From Verrucomicrobiota bacterium (lineage in GTDB: Bacteria > Verrucomicrobiota > Verrucomicrobiia > Chthoniobacterales > SZAS-18), in assembly GCA_018240025.1 (NCBI GenBank), contig JAFEGM010000034.1, positions 31,639 through 63,638 of the forward strand: a DNA stretch of 32,000 nt, in the 5' to 3' direction. Position numbers and translations under genes: made by a program. Below the pieces are notes generated by a model. The model was not told the origin of the DNA, did not search any database, and worked only from the letters and a program-made list of their open reading frames with translations. This document shows positions 31,617 to 32,000 of this stretch, one piece after another. Numbering within the stretch: the first letter of the stretch is position 1; every line of letters starts with the position of its first letter.

Positions 31617-32000
31617 ATGCAGCCTGTCTATCTCCTTTCCGCCTCCCGGACCGACTTCAAACGCAACTTCAAGAAGGAGGGGAAGTCCCTTCGCGATGCC
31701 ATTCTCGAGCCCGCGCGCGCGGCGCTGGCCGACTCGGGCCTGGCGCCCTCCGACATCGGCGCGGGCGTGGTGGGTAACTTCGCCGCGGGGCTCTTCACGC
31801 GGCAGCTGCATCTGGGCGCCATTCTCACCGAACTCGACGAGGCCTTCCGCGGGCTGCCGACCTCCCACGTCGAAGGCGCCTGCGCCTCGGGCAGCCTCGC
31901 GCTGGTGCAGGGCATTCAGCTGATCGCGGGCGGCTTCCACGACGCCGTTTTGGTGGTCGGCGCCGAGCAGCAGAAGACGATGTCGAGCGCGGAGGGCGGC
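31617..32000 (+). CDS. Thiolase-family protein (acetyl-CoA acetyltransferase-like). N-terminal 128 codons; continues beyond the window.
   Basis: This ORF is absent from the track because it has no stop in the window. My translation from ATG 31617 is MQPVYLLSASRTDFKRNF...GVVGNFAAG...SHVEGACASGSLALVQGIQLIAGGFHDAVLVVGAEQ, and it contains the thiolase active-site Cys context (ACASG). Confidence 0.8.
   Translation, partial: MQPVYLLSASRTDFKRNFKKEGKSLRDAILEPARAALADSGLAPSDIGAGVVGNFAAGLFTRQLHLGAILTELDEAFRGLPTSHVEGACASGSLALVQGIQLIAGGFHDAVLVVGAEQQKTMSSAEGG

Noticed and set aside
1-32000. Scan for tRNA, rRNA, CRISPR arrays, integrase/transposase genes and known defence-system genes.
   Set aside because: I saw no repeat-spacer periodicity, no tRNA-like T-arm or acceptor pattern in the intergenic gaps, and no ORF with recombinase, nuclease-helicase or toxin-antitoxin signatures. 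The window reads as core chromosome with several poorly characterised envelope modules.

Overview
This is a high-GC bacterial chromosomal window (roughly two-thirds G+C by eye), densely coding on both strands. I support about 31 CDS and found no rRNA, tRNA, CRISPR array or transposase. The many very long ORFs in the track that lie antisense to recognisable genes are high-GC shadow frames.

Recognisable content, in order:
- a GlgX-like 3' fragment convergent with treY
- a HlyD-like adaptor followed by a DUF2007-like four-helix membrane protein
- a divergent SDR / TolQ-ExbB-like channel / 75-aa membrane protein group, followed by a 1001-aa secreted protein with a CXXCH motif and a Calx-beta module
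- a 195-bp AT-rich inverted-repeat element
- an orphan GspE/PilB-type ATPase with a TraB/GumN protein
- a TPR protein
- a secreted YbjN-like protein with a poly-proline protein
- bioF, a TerC-family protein and gmhA
- a MoxR / DUF58 / unknown 128-aa / membrane transglutaminase operon
- a Tyr/Gly-rich lipoprotein
- an SDR, then TetR / MFP / RND with two identical-core palindromic operators
- a thioredoxin-like 2Fe-2S ferredoxin, alkA and the 5' end of a thiolase gene

The gene content (many Sec-signal proteins, DxDxDG/Calx-beta exoproteins, dispersed secretion genes, weak Shine-Dalgarno signals) would fit a Verrucomicrobiota- or Planctomycetota-like diderm. That is a guess and cannot be established from the sequence alone.

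I see no canonical defence or mobile island. The best candidates for undescribed biology are:
1. the translationally coupled MoxR-DUF58-X-transglutaminase module
2. the partnerless TolQ/ExbB-like channel with its small membrane protein and the giant secreted CXXCH protein
3. the heptamer-structured inverted-repeat element
4. the HlyD-like adaptor paired with a non-transporter membrane protein

All family calls rest on motif recognition by eye. No searches were run.
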